This document shows positions 28,069 to 38,283 of a stretch of 64,000 nt of DNA, one piece after another. Below the pieces are notes generated by a model. That model was given only the letters and a program-made list of their open reading frames with translations. It was not told the DNA's origin and searched no databases. Position numbers and translations under genes: made by a program. The stretch comes from a virus (taxonomy: Duplodnaviria; Caudoviricetes), in the IMG/VR virus record IMGVR_UViG_3300028591_000110, positions 71,564-135,563 of that record; one strand, 5' to 3'. The number at the start of each line of letters is the position of its first letter. Within the stretch, counting starts at the first letter, position 1.

Positions 28069-31000
28069 TTAGTAAATCTTTTCGTATCGGTTCAGATACC
28101 AATAGCCGCGCTCTTTGCCGACATCCCATGCGTAGATGGTATCGAATTTGCCAAGCGGCAGCCTGTCAAACATTTTGCTGCGCACGGTCAGACGCGCTTC
28201 TTTCCCGGTTCCGATGGAGCGGGTCGTCACGGCGTAGCCCCAAGCCTCGTTGGTCTTTTTGGAGCGAAGCGGGAAGATGTCTGTGATGATTAGCTTGCGG
28301 CGATCCTCCGGCTTGCCGGTCGTGAGATCGATATAGCCAAGATTATCAAGTTGCATCTGCATCTTCATCTTATAGTCAAAGTCCTGAATATTCTGCGCTC
28401 GGATCTCTGTCTCCAAATCAAGGAGCAGTCCGCGCATATCCAGAATGGTAATAGAATCGGACGTCTTGCCGTTCTTGAGTTGGTCTGTTCCGTGTTCGAG
28501 CAGGAGCTTGACAGATCCCTCGCTCAAACCGACCTTCTTGACTTTCTTCGCCTCTCCGTCTTTGAACTTCTGAAAGACGCTCAGCATCCGCAGCAATTCT
28601 TTGGCGTTGCCATATTCGGAGAAGTAGTCGATCTTGACCAAGATCTCACGCTGATTGCTTTTCAATGATGTTTCGCGGCTCATGAGCCACAGAAGATCCA
28701 TGAAGGATTCCGGCTTGTGGTTCTGCGCGAGCTCGTAAAGCTCGTTGGAGACAGCGGCATTCATGTACTTCACGGATGCTAGTCCTTTTGCGATGACATG
28801 CTGCTCGCGGTCAAACTGATATTGATCCTTTGAGATCCCAAAGCGAGGCGGGATAATCTGAATGCCATATAGCTTGGCAAGCTCGCTTCCGTCCCGCACA
28901 TCGTCGTCATTGTCGGCGTTGTTCAGGTATGCCGTAATGAACTCATACGGATAATAGTAGCGGAGATAGGCACAGAGATAACCAACCATGGAATATGCGA
29001 CGGCATGAGAGTAGTTGAACTGATAGTTTGAGCTGTCCTCAATGATTTTCAGAAACTCCTTGGCCTCTTCCTCGGCAACCTCTCGCGGCTGCGTGGATTT
29101 CTCACAGTATCCATTCAGGATCTTCGGCATGGCGGCGTCCAAGATCTCTTTTTTCTTTCGACCGATGCCGCGACGCACGGTATCTGCCTCGCTGCCGGAG
29201 AATCCGCAGATCTCCTGCAGAAATCGGATGGTGTCTTCCTGAAAACAGAGGTAGCCTAAGCTGTTTTTCAGCAGCTCATCCAGGAGCGGAGACGGATTCT
29301 TATGCACCTTCCGCGCGAACAGCTCATCGCGATAGGACTCTCCTGCGGGGCGTGTGCCTGCATTCAGGAGCGCCATTTCGTAGATGTTTTTCGGCTCAAA
29401 CTTTTTCAGCAGAGAGAAAGCAAACGCGGATTCCATCTGGAAGATACCGACAGGGGAACGGAGCATGTCTTTCCACACTGCCTGATCGTCCCAATCAATC
29501 TCATGCGTCTTCGGATAAGGCTTCCCGGCGAGCTCGAATGCGTCACGGATGATGGCGATATTCTTGAGGCCGAGAATGTCGTATTTCACCAGGCCCGAAT
29601 CGTGAACGCAGTCCATGTCGATCTGAAGAATCTCTTTGCCGTCCGAAATGAACGTGCCGTAATTGTCTCGGAGTGTGATCGGGCTTGCGACAATGCCTGC
29701 GGGGTGCATGGACTGAGAGATTGCGACATCCAGCAAGCCTTCAAAATACTGAAATACTTCCGGATATTTTTTGCAAAGGGTTTTATAATCCGGATGCTCC
29801 AGAAATGCCGTTCGGTATTTCTCTGTGCCTGGGTTGCCGGATTTCTTTGCAGCTTCGTCAATCGGCTCGATCTGCTTCTTGATCTCTTTTGCGATCTCTC
29901 CGCGCCACGGATTCTTTGCGGAGATCTCTTCGTTTTCGTTTTTCATGGAGAGGTATTTCTCCCTGAGCTGCTTTACAAGCTGCTCGCGAGGCGAACCCTG
30001 CTGCAGAATGGAACCAATCTCTTTCCCGGTTTTTTCATCGTAAAGACTGAGCACGTCTTCCCATTCGCTGTATCCTTCTTTATAGCTTACGCCCTCATCC
30101 TTGATACGCTTGAGAATCTTATCGAACTCTTTTAACGGGTGACAGTTTTCTCTGTCCCATCTGGCAGCAAGCGCTCGGCAAATCTCATCAATGCAGCCCT
30201 TGGCCTTGACCGTGCCGATGGCAAGGATGAACGCGGCCTTTTCATGACCAAAGCGATTGATGATATAGTCATAGACTTTTTCGCGGTCGTTCGGCGCATA
30301 GTCCGTGTCGATATCGCCAATCTCAAGACGGGACTCGTTGCAGAAGCGAGAGAAAATGGTTTGCCATCGCTCTGGATTCAGGTCGATGATGTCAATCAGA
30401 TATGCGATTCGCGATCCGCCGACAGATCCGCGTCCCGGCCCGACCGGGATACCGTGTGTTTTACACCACGTTACCAGCTCCGACATGAAGAGCATGAACG
30501 CGGACATATCCAGCTTATCAAAGACGCGCATTTCTTCCTGAATGGCGTCGCGGTATGCCTGCTCCTGCTCCGGAGGAATCGCGCCGGACTTGAGCTTTTC
30601 CTGCAAGCCCTGTTCGATGCGCTCCAAAAGCACGTCGCGGTCTTTCTCTCCGTACAAGACGGGGTATTTGAAAGACGTGTCCAGATCGAAGGACTCAATC
30701 TCATCCGCGATCCGGTTTGTGTTTTGAATCGCCTCCATCCAGAGCGGTTCCGGAATGGCGTCCTGCTCGCGGAACATCTGCACAAGCTCGTCATAGCTCT
30801 TATAGGTGAGATCGAACGTGTCTTCATCCGCAAACTCGATATGCTTTGCGAGCTGCATGATAGAGCGGCACTCCGCTTTATAGGCGTCCAAGCTGTGCGT
30901 ATCCGTCGTGGCGACAAGCGGGATGCCGTATCGCTGCGACAGGTCTGCCAGATGCCGATTGAAGGCAACCTGATCCGGATGTCTGTGCGGCTGGATTTCC

Positions 31001-31503
31001 AGATAGTCATAGGATTTTACCAAGCGTTCGTATAGCGAATGGGAAACAGGCAGCTTATTCAGGGGAGACGCGAGACAGGCGCTCAGTTTCATGACATTCT
31101 TTGAGATTCCGAAAAACTCCTGAAACGAAATTCTCGGCTTGTAGTAGAAGTGATCTTCACACGACGAACGGCTAACCAGCTCATTGATCTCACGAATGCC
31201 ATCCATATTTCTGGCAAGCAGAATGGTATGGAAGTTATCACGCAGCTTCGTTTGCTCGCCGGACTCTCCATCCCAAAACAGCTTTTCCGTCAGATACACT
31301 TCGACGCCGAACAGAAACTTGATGCCGGCTTTGTCGCAGGCGAGTTTTTTGGCAACCCAATTAAAACAGTTGCCATGTTCCGTAAAGGCGATTGCCTTTT
31401 GACCGAGCGCGACAGCTTTGTTGATATACGCCTGATAGTTTGTAGCACTGTCTAACAGAGAGAACCATGTGTGCAGGTGCAGGACGGTATAGTTGTCGTT
31501 GAT
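28069..31503 (-). CDS. dnaE: DNA polymerase III alpha subunit (PHP domain included; probable ATC start)
   Basis: The frame extends upstream of the track ORF to INDNYTVLHLHTWFSLLD...TEHGN...GVEVY. Also GRGSVGGS, DIDTD, HPAG, KYDILGL, FNYSHAVAY. Confidence 0.95.
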   Translation of the reverse strand: MNDNYTVLHLHTWFSLLDSATNYQAYINKAVALGQKAIAFTEHGNCFNWVAKKLACDKAGIKFLFGVEVYLTEKLFWDGESGEQTKLRDNFHTILLARNMDGIREINELVSRSSCEDHFYYKPRISFQEFFGISKNVMKLSACLASPLNKLPVSHSLYERLVKSYDYLEIQPHRHPDQVAFNRHLADLSQRYGIPLVATTDTHSLDAYKAECRSIMQLAKHIEFADEDTFDLTYKSYDELVQMFREQDAIPEPLWMEAIQNTNRIADEIESFDLDTSFKYPVLYGEKDRDVLLERIEQGLQEKLKSGAIPPEQEQAYRDAIQEEMRVFDKLDMSAFMLFMSELVTWCKTHGIPVGPGRGSVGGSRIAYLIDIIDLNPERWQTIFSRFCNESRLEIGDIDTDYAPNDREKVYDYIINRFGHEKAAFILAIGTVKAKGCIDEICRALAARWDRENCHPLKEFDKILKRIKDEGVSYKEGYSEWEDVLSLYDEKTGKEIGSILQQGSPREQLVKQLREKYLSMKNENEEISAKNPWRGEIAKEIKKQIEPIDEAAKKSGNPGTEKYRTAFLEHPDYKTLCKKYPEVFQYFEGLLDVAISQSMHPAGIVASPITLRDNYGTFISDGKEILQIDMDCVHDSGLVKYDILGLKNIAIIRDAFELAGKPYPKTHEIDWDDQAVWKDMLRSPVGIFQMESAFAFSLLKKFEPKNIYEMALLNAGTRPAGESYRDELFARKVHKNPSPLLDELLKNSLGYLCFQEDTIRFLQEICGFSGSEADTVRRGIGRKKKEILDAAMPKILNGYCEKSTQPREVAEEEAKEFLKIIEDSSNYQFNYSHAVAYSMVGYLCAYLRYYYPYEFITAYLNNADNDDDVRDGSELAKLYGIQIIPPRFGISKDQYQFDREQHVIAKGLASVKYMNAAVSNELYELAQNHKPESFMDLLWLMSRETSLKSNQREILVKIDYFSEYGNAKELLRMLSVFQKFKDGEAKKVKKVGLSEGSVKLLLEHGTDQLKNGKTSDSITILDMRGLLLDLETEIRAQNIQDFDYKMKMQMQLDNLGYIDLTTGKPEDRRKLIITDIFPLRSKKTNEAWGYAVTTRSIGTGKEARLTVRSKMFDRLPLGKFDTIYAWDVGKERGYWYLNRYEKIY

Positions 31504-31585
31504 TCAATCCACCCCCTCTGAAATAAGATGAATTTTATTGCGTGTTATACCGGATAATCCGGGTTAAAGTGAAAGATATTGCACT

Positions 31586-33565
31586 TTATGATGCGGCGCC
31601 GAAGACTTCATCCTCGTCTCCTTCGTCCTCCTTGAGCTTGGCGATCTTTTCGGAGTGCAGCGCGTCATCGTATTTCTGCGTGTCCCAGGAATAGTGATAG
31701 TCAAACTCTTCGTCGGTGGTGTAGAAGCGGCGGGAGATCTCGTCATAGAACACACCGCAATCGATGTTCTGCCGACCATACATGCGGTCTTTGATGATGG
31801 TTGCGACGACATCATATTTCAGCAGCTTTTTCTGCTCGTCGGAAAGTTTGCCGGTGTTGTGCCTCTCCTTGTCATAGATACGGCGGAGGCCGATGGTACG
31901 GTGCGCGAGGTTGACGATATTGCTGCTGCCGGCAATGTCGTAGATATCCATATCCGTGTTGGAATCGAACTTTCGCGGATGGCAGACGAGAACAACGGCG
32001 GTTTGATATTCCCGCGCAAACTTGACAAGGCGTTTGATGATCTCGGTCTGCGACTGAAGCTCCTCCTTGTCATCCAGCGGATCGATGCACATGAAGTTAT
32101 CCAGAATGAGGAGCTTGACGTCTTCGCGCGTAACGACATCTTCCATGGAATGAATCAGCGTCTCGATATCGTTATCCCAGTCATCCCGATAGATGAACCA
32201 CTGGCCGCGATATTGCTTGTTGATACCGGCGAGCGCCTGCGGCGAGACCTTGAGATAGGGATTGCCGTATCTGGAAACCTTCTTCTCAATGTTTCTCCGT
32301 CCTGCCATTACCAAATTCATCCAGCCCTTGTTCATGCCGTTCGGGAGCTCGCCTGAGAAGATCCATGTCTTGAAGCCCTGCTCCATCGCCTGACAGACAA
32401 GCTGTGCCAAAAAGGAAGACTTGCCGCTGCCCGGTCTGCCTGAAACCACCGTGAGCGTGGAGAGGAAAATGCGCGTCAGATTCTTATCCAGAGAGGAAAG
32501 GCCGATGCGAATGCCGTCCATATCGTCATAGTCCACCGGTTCCACGTCAGAGAGATCCACGACTGAATCAATCGGCGTGTCGGACGCATTGACGATCAGA
32601 TCAAATGTGGCCTGTCTGCCGCAATAGTAGAGGTATTCGTTCAGATCCTTGATGAAGACGTTCTCTCCTTTGGAGTTCGGAAGATACTTCGGGATGTTGA
32701 CCGTCTTGCCGCGCACGACCTTGCTGCGGCCATTGGCGCGAGGGAAGCGGAGGCGCGGGAGAATGTCTTTCAGATACTTTGCGCCGGATTCGTCGTTGTC
32801 GGCGCAGATGATGATGGTGTCGAACTGCTCCAAAAAGTCAGCGCATTCTTTTCGCCATTCGGTATTCTGATCTCCAAGCGGGATCGACACAGCGTTCAGC
32901 CAACCGGATTCAATAGCGGCGGCGCAGTCCAGCTCGCCGGAGCAGATCAGCAGGGGAGAGGCGGGGTTGCAGCGGTTCATGTTGAACAGCAGCGGCGTGG
33001 TGTCGGCATCCTTTTGACACCAGTTTTTATTTTCGCCCTTCTTGATCTGCCGCGCGGGGCGGTACTTCACCATGGTAAGGACGTCGTTCGTGTCATAATA
33101 ATTGAACACGAGATTTCCTTTTGCGTCCTGGCGAATGTCCAGATAGTCCGCTGTCTGCTGCGAGATTTTGCGCTTGGCGAGATATTGATAAATCTCTGTT
33201 TTATCTCCGAGCGGTTCTTCATGCGGATAGCGGTAGGATCGCTTCGTCTTGACGTGGTGCTCCGGAATTGCAAACGGCATATCCGCTTTTTCGAGGAGCG
33301 TCTTGACCGCATCGGTATAGGTGGCGCCTTTATACATGAGCGCGTCGATCAGATCGTAGCTTCTGCCGCAGGCGCCGAAGCACCGGAAATTGTATGCTTT
33401 GCGATTGTAGATGAACGATGCATGATTCTCCTGATGGAACGGGCAACAGCATTTGAGATCCCGTTCATTGAAGTCCGGGATCTCAAGCGTCTCTGCAATC
33501 AGGAAGGCGTTTTGATCACCAAGCTTCTCTTTGGCCTGCATGATGATGTCACGATCAATTTGCAA
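31586..33565 (-). CDS. Primase-helicase (zinc finger + Toprim + SF4 helicase)
   Basis: CCPFH...CFGAC, GELD, DNDESG, GRPGSGKS, ILDN, HPRK, AGS. Confidence 0.9.
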   Translation of the reverse strand: MQIDRDIIMQAKEKLGDQNAFLIAETLEIPDFNERDLKCCCPFHQENHASFIYNRKAYNFRCFGACGRSYDLIDALMYKGATYTDAVKTLLEKADMPFAIPEHHVKTKRSYRYPHEEPLGDKTEIYQYLAKRKISQQTADYLDIRQDAKGNLVFNYYDTNDVLTMVKYRPARQIKKGENKNWCQKDADTTPLLFNMNRCNPASPLLICSGELDCAAAIESGWLNAVSIPLGDQNTEWRKECADFLEQFDTIIICADNDESGAKYLKDILPRLRFPRANGRSKVVRGKTVNIPKYLPNSKGENVFIKDLNEYLYYCGRQATFDLIVNASDTPIDSVVDLSDVEPVDYDDMDGIRIGLSSLDKNLTRIFLSTLTVVSGRPGSGKSSFLAQLVCQAMEQGFKTWIFSGELPNGMNKGWMNLVMAGRRNIEKKVSRYGNPYLKVSPQALAGINKQYRGQWFIYRDDWDNDIETLIHSMEDVVTREDVKLLILDNFMCIDPLDDKEELQSQTEIIKRLVKFAREYQTAVVLVCHPRKFDSNTDMDIYDIAGSSNIVNLAHRTIGLRRIYDKERHNTGKLSDEQKKLLKYDVVATIIKDRMYGRQNIDCGVFYDEISRRFYTTDEEFDYHYSWDTQKYDDALHSEKIAKLKEDEGDEDEVFGAAS

Positions 33566-33577
33566 TCCGTTCGCCTC

Positions 33578-34348
33578 CTAAAGTAGTTCGATATATTCAC
33601 ACGGCTCTGAGACTCCGCAAATGAAGTTGCAGAACCAGTAGTTTAAGATAGGATACCATTCATCCGTTTTGGTGATGGTCTCGATGGTGTGCGCCGCCCA
33701 CGCCTCTGTTTCTTCCATGCGATCCATCCGGAACGGCTCGCGGATGATCTCATTGCTGCGGAAACAGTTGAACTCCAGAAAATCAGGCCAGACGCCGCGC
33801 TCATGATGGACGGCGGCGGCATAGATATAGAGCTGACGCAGATAGTCGTCCAACTCTCGGTCTGATTTTGTGGGCTTGGCGCGTCCGGAACGTCGGGACA
33901 ATGTACGGGACTTATGATCCGTGATATAGAGCGCTCCGGATTCGTTGCGGCTTTGCAGGTCAACATACGCAATGAAGTCATGGCCGGCAAACGGGAAGTG
34001 AAACTCCTGCTCTACGGCAAGCACTTTTCTTTCTGGGAAAGAAAATGACTTGAAGTATTGATAGCCCTGCTCAAAGTAGCTGCGCTGGATCTTGGAGTTT
34101 GGCGCTTCGGACTCAATGTCTGATGCAAAGCGCACGACATACTCCATGGAGAGCTGAGATTTGGTCAGCTCTCCGGAGAAGTAACGCTGCAGAAGACGGT
34201 GCATCATCGTTCCGTACTCCGCGAAGAATTTCGGGATCGCCTCTTCGCTGTAGATGTATCGCTGCACCCACTGATACGGACAGTTCTCGAACGAGGACAG
34301 ACGCGAATAGCTCCACACCATATCTGCAATGATGGGATCAAAGCGCAT
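33578..34348 (-). CDS. PD-(D/E)XK (Cas4/RecB-like) exonuclease
   Basis: WSYSRL...CP, GT..H, VD, ITDHKS, QLYIY, C...C.....C. Confidence 0.85.
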   Translation of the reverse strand: MRFDPIIADMVWSYSRLSSFENCPYQWVQRYIYSEEAIPKFFAEYGTMMHRLLQRYFSGELTKSQLSMEYVVRFASDIESEAPNSKIQRSYFEQGYQYFKSFSFPERKVLAVEQEFHFPFAGHDFIAYVDLQSRNESGALYITDHKSRTLSRRSGRAKPTKSDRELDDYLRQLYIYAAAVHHERGVWPDFLEFNCFRSNEIIREPFRMDRMEETEAWAAHTIETITKTDEWYPILNYWFCNFICGVSEPCEYIELL

Positions 34349-34351
34349 CGG

Positions 34352-34759
34352 TTAGAACGGCAGATCCTCTTCGTCGTCGTCATCCGACGCGGGCTTGGTT
34401 TCCTTCTTGGGCGCGGCCTTCTTTTGCTCGCCGGACGGGGCTGCGGCATTATCCGACTTGGAGCCGAAAAACTCCACATCGTTTACACCAACCTCGTAGT
34501 CCGTGCGGTTGTTGCCGTCCTTGTCGGTGAACTTCTTCTGATGCAGCTCGCCGATGACAAGGATTCCGGAACCCTTTGAAAAATACTTGGAGACAAACTC
34601 CGCCGTCTGGCGCCATGCGACGCACTTGATGAAGTCTACTTCGTCCTTGGCGTACTTGCGGTTGACGGCAATGTCAAAGTTGCAAACACTCAAGCCGCTG
34701 TTGGTCTGCTTGAGCTCCGGATCGCGGACGAGACGCCCGGTAAATCTTACGTCATTCAT
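34352..34759 (-). CDS. ssb: Single-stranded DNA-binding protein
   Basis: GRLVRDPEL, DFIKCVAWR, C-terminal DLPF. Confidence 0.95.
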   Translation of the reverse strand: MNDVRFTGRLVRDPELKQTNSGLSVCNFDIAVNRKYAKDEVDFIKCVAWRQTAEFVSKYFSKGSGILVIGELHQKKFTDKDGNNRTDYEVGVNDVEFFGSKSDNAAAPSGEQKKAAPKKETKPASDDDDEEDLPF

Positions 34760-35528
34760 GTGCTTTCTCTCCTTCCGCAAGCTGCTGCAACTCCTTGAGG
34801 AGATTGCCGGCGGCTGTGATGTCTTTTACGTTGCGGTAATCAGCAGACGGTTTCCCGTTTTTGCTAACCGCGTACTTCTTGATGATCTCCGAAACGCGCT
34901 CTCTGAACGCCGGCGCCTCTTCCTCAGACTTGCTGGACATGATATCCGAGACGACCGACGCGATATCATCAATGATGGGCTTGAGCATTTCCTTGGCTTC
35001 CTTCTGCTGGACTTCCTCTTTCTTGCTGCGCCAGTTGTCCGGATCATCCTCCGGCGTGGCGACGCCGAAGAATTTGAGGAGGAAGTATCGGGTAAGATAG
35101 GTGAGACCGCTGCCGGCGGCCTGGCTGACATCCTCCTGCTGTCCGGCGAAGAACCACGGCACATCCAGCGTCTCTTCCGGATTGTCCAGATTGACCCAGG
35201 TGAAAACCATCTCGCCGCGCACGATGAACTCGTTGATGTCCTGCGTGATGGCAGGCGCGTTTCCTTTGCCGGCCTTGGTTTTTGTATAGTGATAGGGCTG
35301 GATCTCTACGGTTCCGGGGACAATGCGCGGATAGAGGTTGAGGTGATACCGCTCCATGCCGGCATTGATGTGGGCGCGGATGTCGTCTTCCGCGACGTAC
35401 TTGAAGTTGTAAGCCTGCGCGTCCTTGCGGATGACCTCGGTCATGGCGCGGATCTTCGCAAGCTTTTCATGCAGGCTGAGCTGTGATACATCCTCTCTGG
35501 CGTCTGCAAGTTCTACCTTTTTTGGCAT
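34752..35528 (-). CDS. ERF-family ssDNA-annealing protein
   Basis: SQAAGSGLTYLTRYFLLKFFGVATPEDDPD. Confidence 0.9.
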   Translation of the reverse strand: MPKKVELADAREDVSQLSLHEKLAKIRAMTEVIRKDAQAYNFKYVAEDDIRAHINAGMERYHLNLYPRIVPGTVEIQPYHYTKTKAGKGNAPAITQDINEFIVRGEMVFTWVNLDNPEETLDVPWFFAGQQEDVSQAAGSGLTYLTRYFLLKFFGVATPEDDPDNWRSKKEEVQQKEAKEMLKPIIDDIASVVSDIMSSKSEEEAPAFRERVSEIIKKYAVSKNGKPSADYRNVKDITAAGNLLKELQQLAEGEKAHE

Positions 35529-35651
35529 GACAACACTCCTGTTGATTTATTTTCTGAGATTTGCTGTGTTTTCGGACAGCAACACCGCCGATCTATCTGA
35601 AAAACGTAAAAGGTGTCAGCGATAAAAACGGCGGTGGATTGCGATTGATAA

Positions 35652-35945
35652 TTACTGTTTTACTGTGAGCTTCCAGACAGACGTGTTCTTGCCGGTCTTT
35701 CTGCTCGGGCGCCGCCCGACGACACAAACCTCTCCGTCCGCCTTCATTTCCGTCAGGCGCGGACGGACAAAGTTGTTGTCCTCATAAGAGATCATGCCGG
35801 AAGCGACGAGCTTGGACAGAATCTCTTCGGCGGTCATGCCGTCCTCGCTGGATGCGAGCACGGACTTGATCATGTCTTTGCGGCGCTGCACCTTCGGGAT
35901 GACAGCGTTATAGGCGTCTCTGCGATTCTTTCTGGTGATATTCAT
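35652..35945 (-). CDS. Winged-helix DNA-binding protein
   Basis: MTAEEI...VRPRLTEM...G.R....TGK...VW. Confidence 0.7.
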   Translation of the reverse strand: MNITRKNRRDAYNAVIPKVQRRKDMIKSVLASSEDGMTAEEILSKLVASGMISYEDNNFVRPRLTEMKADGEVCVVGRRPSRKTGKNTSVWKLTVKQ

Positions 35946-35956
35946 ATAAGCTCCTC

Positions 35957-36055
35957 TCAGCTCGGGCGGTTTCGTCCGCCGTGGTTATACCAGATCGTGA
36001 ACGTCAGGATTGCGACTGCGGCCAGAAGATACATGACCGTCCAGAAATCATACAT
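35957..36055 (-). CDS. Small membrane peptide (32 aa)
   Basis: MYDFWTVMYLLAAVAILTFTIWYNHGGRNRPS, overlapping the upstream stop; not in the ORF track. Confidence 0.45.
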   Translation of the reverse strand: MYDFWTVMYLLAAVAILTFTIWYNHGGRNRPS

Positions 36056-36503
36056 CTTCCTTCACCCAGCGATTCAGAACCTTGTTGAAGGTGTTGTCGT
36101 TGCCCATGAAGCGCTTGAGCATGCAGGCCATGATGCCTTTCTCGGTGTCATACACATCTTCGCGCTGAACCTTGACGACAGATTTCGTTCCGTCGTCCCA
36201 CAGGATGATGGTTGCGGGATAGTTGAAGATAACACGGGAGATCTTGGGAAGAAGCCCTTCCGGTCTCACCCATTTGAACGGAGGGAAGACACACCCATCC
36301 GCCCGATCTGGTCGCCTCGTCGCCAGCAGAAACGGGAGCAGCTCTCCGCTCACTTTTGCGGTCAAAGCGACATCCGCATCATCCGCCGCATCTGCCTTCG
36401 TTGTGATTGATTCAACAATGATATCACGGACATCAAAGCTTGCCATGATTTGATCGCCACTGGCGATTACCAAAGAAGCCTTTGCATCATTCACATAGTT
36501 CAT
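36048..36503 (-). CDS. Conserved phage hypothetical protein
   Basis: VIFNYPATIILWDDGTKSVVK...YDTEKG. Confidence 0.75.
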   Translation of the reverse strand: MNYVNDAKASLVIASGDQIMASFDVRDIIVESITTKADAADDADVALTAKVSGELLPFLLATRRPDRADGCVFPPFKWVRPEGLLPKISRVIFNYPATIILWDDGTKSVVKVQREDVYDTEKGIMACMLKRFMGNDNTFNKVLNRWVKEDV

Positions 36504-36518
36504 TTTTTCACTCCTTCC

Positions 36519-37466
36519 TTAGTGCGCTGCCTCGTCTGCCTGATGAAGCAGCAAGATTTTTTGGTATGTATCTAAACCGAGAAGATTTTTGATTTTGTTC
36601 TCTGTCTTCATCGGATTGTCGGAGCGGTCGACTGTGTAAGGGTGCATGTGCCAACGGATCAGCGTTGCGATTTCCGTTCGATTATCAGCAGTTCCGCTGG
36701 AATACTGATAGCTGTCATAAGCGCTGACGTGCTCGTGGTCATAGAAATGCGCGATCTCGCTTGGCTCGCCACGGTGATTTTTGAACACTTTGGTAAACGG
36801 CTTTCCGATATCGTGCAGCAGCGCCGCCTGCGCGAGCACACCGTTTTCTTCCTCGCCGAGCATTGTCAGCGTGTAGAAATAAGCGAGGATGGAGTGCTGC
36901 CCGACGGAAAGTGTATGGTGCGGATTGTCATGCTCGATGGCTGACATTCGGCGAATCAGATTCATGCGATCCTCGCCAAGCGTTTCATAGTTCGGCATGC
37001 CGCGAATCCAGATTTCATCCCAGCCCTCGGCGTACATCGGCGGATCGAAGGAGCGATACATTCTTTCAATGACCGGTTCCGGGACGACGCGCTCTCTGTT
37101 CGCGTTGCGGCGCAGACACTCCTGATACGGCGTCGGAATGAAGATGCATCTCGCCCAAACTGACTCCACAATCCGCCGCAGCTCCTGAAGAAACTGCATA
37201 CGGCGCTTGTAGTTCAGGTTGGTCGCATCGTAGATGACATCCTTGCCGGCGTTCAGGTCACGGAACACGCGGCGGTGCAGCTCCGCAAACACATCCGCCT
37301 GCTTCGACTGGTCGTTGACGTCTCCAAGCAGTTCCTGTCGAAGATAGTCGCTGGAATGAACCGCAAAGTCTCTTGGAATATAGTCGGATGCAAACGTGGA
37401 TTTTCCACTTCCGGGCAAACCAACCATCATAAAAAACCATGGACACTTGAATTTATCGTGAGCCAT
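36519..37466 (-). CDS. Polynucleotide kinase (P-loop) + HD-domain protein
   Basis: GLPGSGKST, DATN....R, RN..R.R.VP; HH...H, LLHDIGK, H...S, HM, AD. Confidence 0.85.
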   Translation of the reverse strand: MAHDKFKCPWFFMMVGLPGSGKSTFASDYIPRDFAVHSSDYLRQELLGDVNDQSKQADVFAELHRRVFRDLNAGKDVIYDATNLNYKRRMQFLQELRRIVESVWARCIFIPTPYQECLRRNANRERVVPEPVIERMYRSFDPPMYAEGWDEIWIRGMPNYETLGEDRMNLIRRMSAIEHDNPHHTLSVGQHSILAYFYTLTMLGEEENGVLAQAALLHDIGKPFTKVFKNHRGEPSEIAHFYDHEHVSAYDSYQYSSGTADNRTEIATLIRWHMHPYTVDRSDNPMKTENKIKNLLGLDTYQKILLLHQADEAAH

Positions 37467-38283
37467 CCTGTACCTCCGAAAGAAAATGCCGCTTCAAAAT
37501 CTCAACGGTTGCTGTTTTCAGAATCTGATCCGCCTCGCGGTCGATGACGACGGGATGCGTTTGCATATACCGCTCTTTTTCGCTGCGCATCGTAGAAACC
37601 GTGTACTCCATCAGCTCTCGCGCCTCTGGAAGCAACAGATTTCCAAATTTCAGCCACATCAAATGCTGCCGCATCGCTTCACTTCTTGGCGTCAGACAAT
37701 CTTCATAAGAGACTCCGGCGATATAGCGCTCTAAAAAGTCCCGCATCCGTACTGCGTGATGCAATTGTTTCGGGTCATATCCGTATTTCTCGATCTTATC
37801 CAAGATCGTCGGATAGGGATGCTCCATGGCCTTTTGTTTTTCCAGCGCCATGCCGACGATACAGTTGACGCCGGCATAGTTGTTGTATCGTGCAATCCGT
37901 TCTCGGTTTTCCAGAACGGGGCGGAAGAGATCTTCGTACTTCGGATTCAGGATCATCCATGGCGTGAACAGGATTTCCACGAAGTTGACATTCTGCTTCT
38001 TGATGGTCTCGAACATGAGGCGAATGTCTTTGAAATCGCAGTGCTCGTTGTTCTCCATGACATGCGTGGTGCTGATCGGCTTGGCGTTCAGCACAAAGTC
38101 CTCGAAGGAGGGGAGGAGGATTGCCTTGGTGTCGATGTCGCTCCCCTCGTAATCCAGACCGTAGTTCTGCGAGCCTTGCAGAAAGATCCCAACCCAGTCA
38201 TGCCCGGTTTCCAGGACGGCCTCAAGGTGTTCGGAAACGCGGTGCATGATGGCGTCATGATCAGGTCTCTTCGTCTGCGGCAT
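37453..38283 (-). CDS. Nucleotidyltransferase (Pol beta-like)
   Basis: LQGSQNYGL...SDIDTK, NFVEILF, YDPKQLHH. Confidence 0.85.
   Translation of the reverse strand: MPQTKRPDHDAIMHRVSEHLEAVLETGHDWVGIFLQGSQNYGLDYEGSDIDTKAILLPSFEDFVLNAKPISTTHVMENNEHCDFKDIRLMFETIKKQNVNFVEILFTPWMILNPKYEDLFRPVLENRERIARYNNYAGVNCIVGMALEKQKAMEHPYPTILDKIEKYGYDPKQLHHAVRMRDFLERYIAGVSYEDCLTPRSEAMRQHLMWLKFGNLLLPEARELMEYTVSTMRSEKERYMQTHPVVIDREADQILKTATVEILKRHFLSEVQDGSR

Noticed and set aside
22340-31503. Inteins or introns in nrdD or dnaE; alternative genetic code
   Set aside because: No intein termini or interrupted frames, and genes are full length in the standard code.
33578-34348. Cas4 as part of CRISPR-Cas
   Set aside because: It is a standalone phage exonuclease in the erf-ssb recombination module, and there is no array.
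35561-35626. ACAGCAA and hairpins upstream of erf as a sixth CAGCAA RNA
   Set aside because: Here ACAGCAA is one arm of its own inverted repeat and no anticodon-type stem-loop follows.
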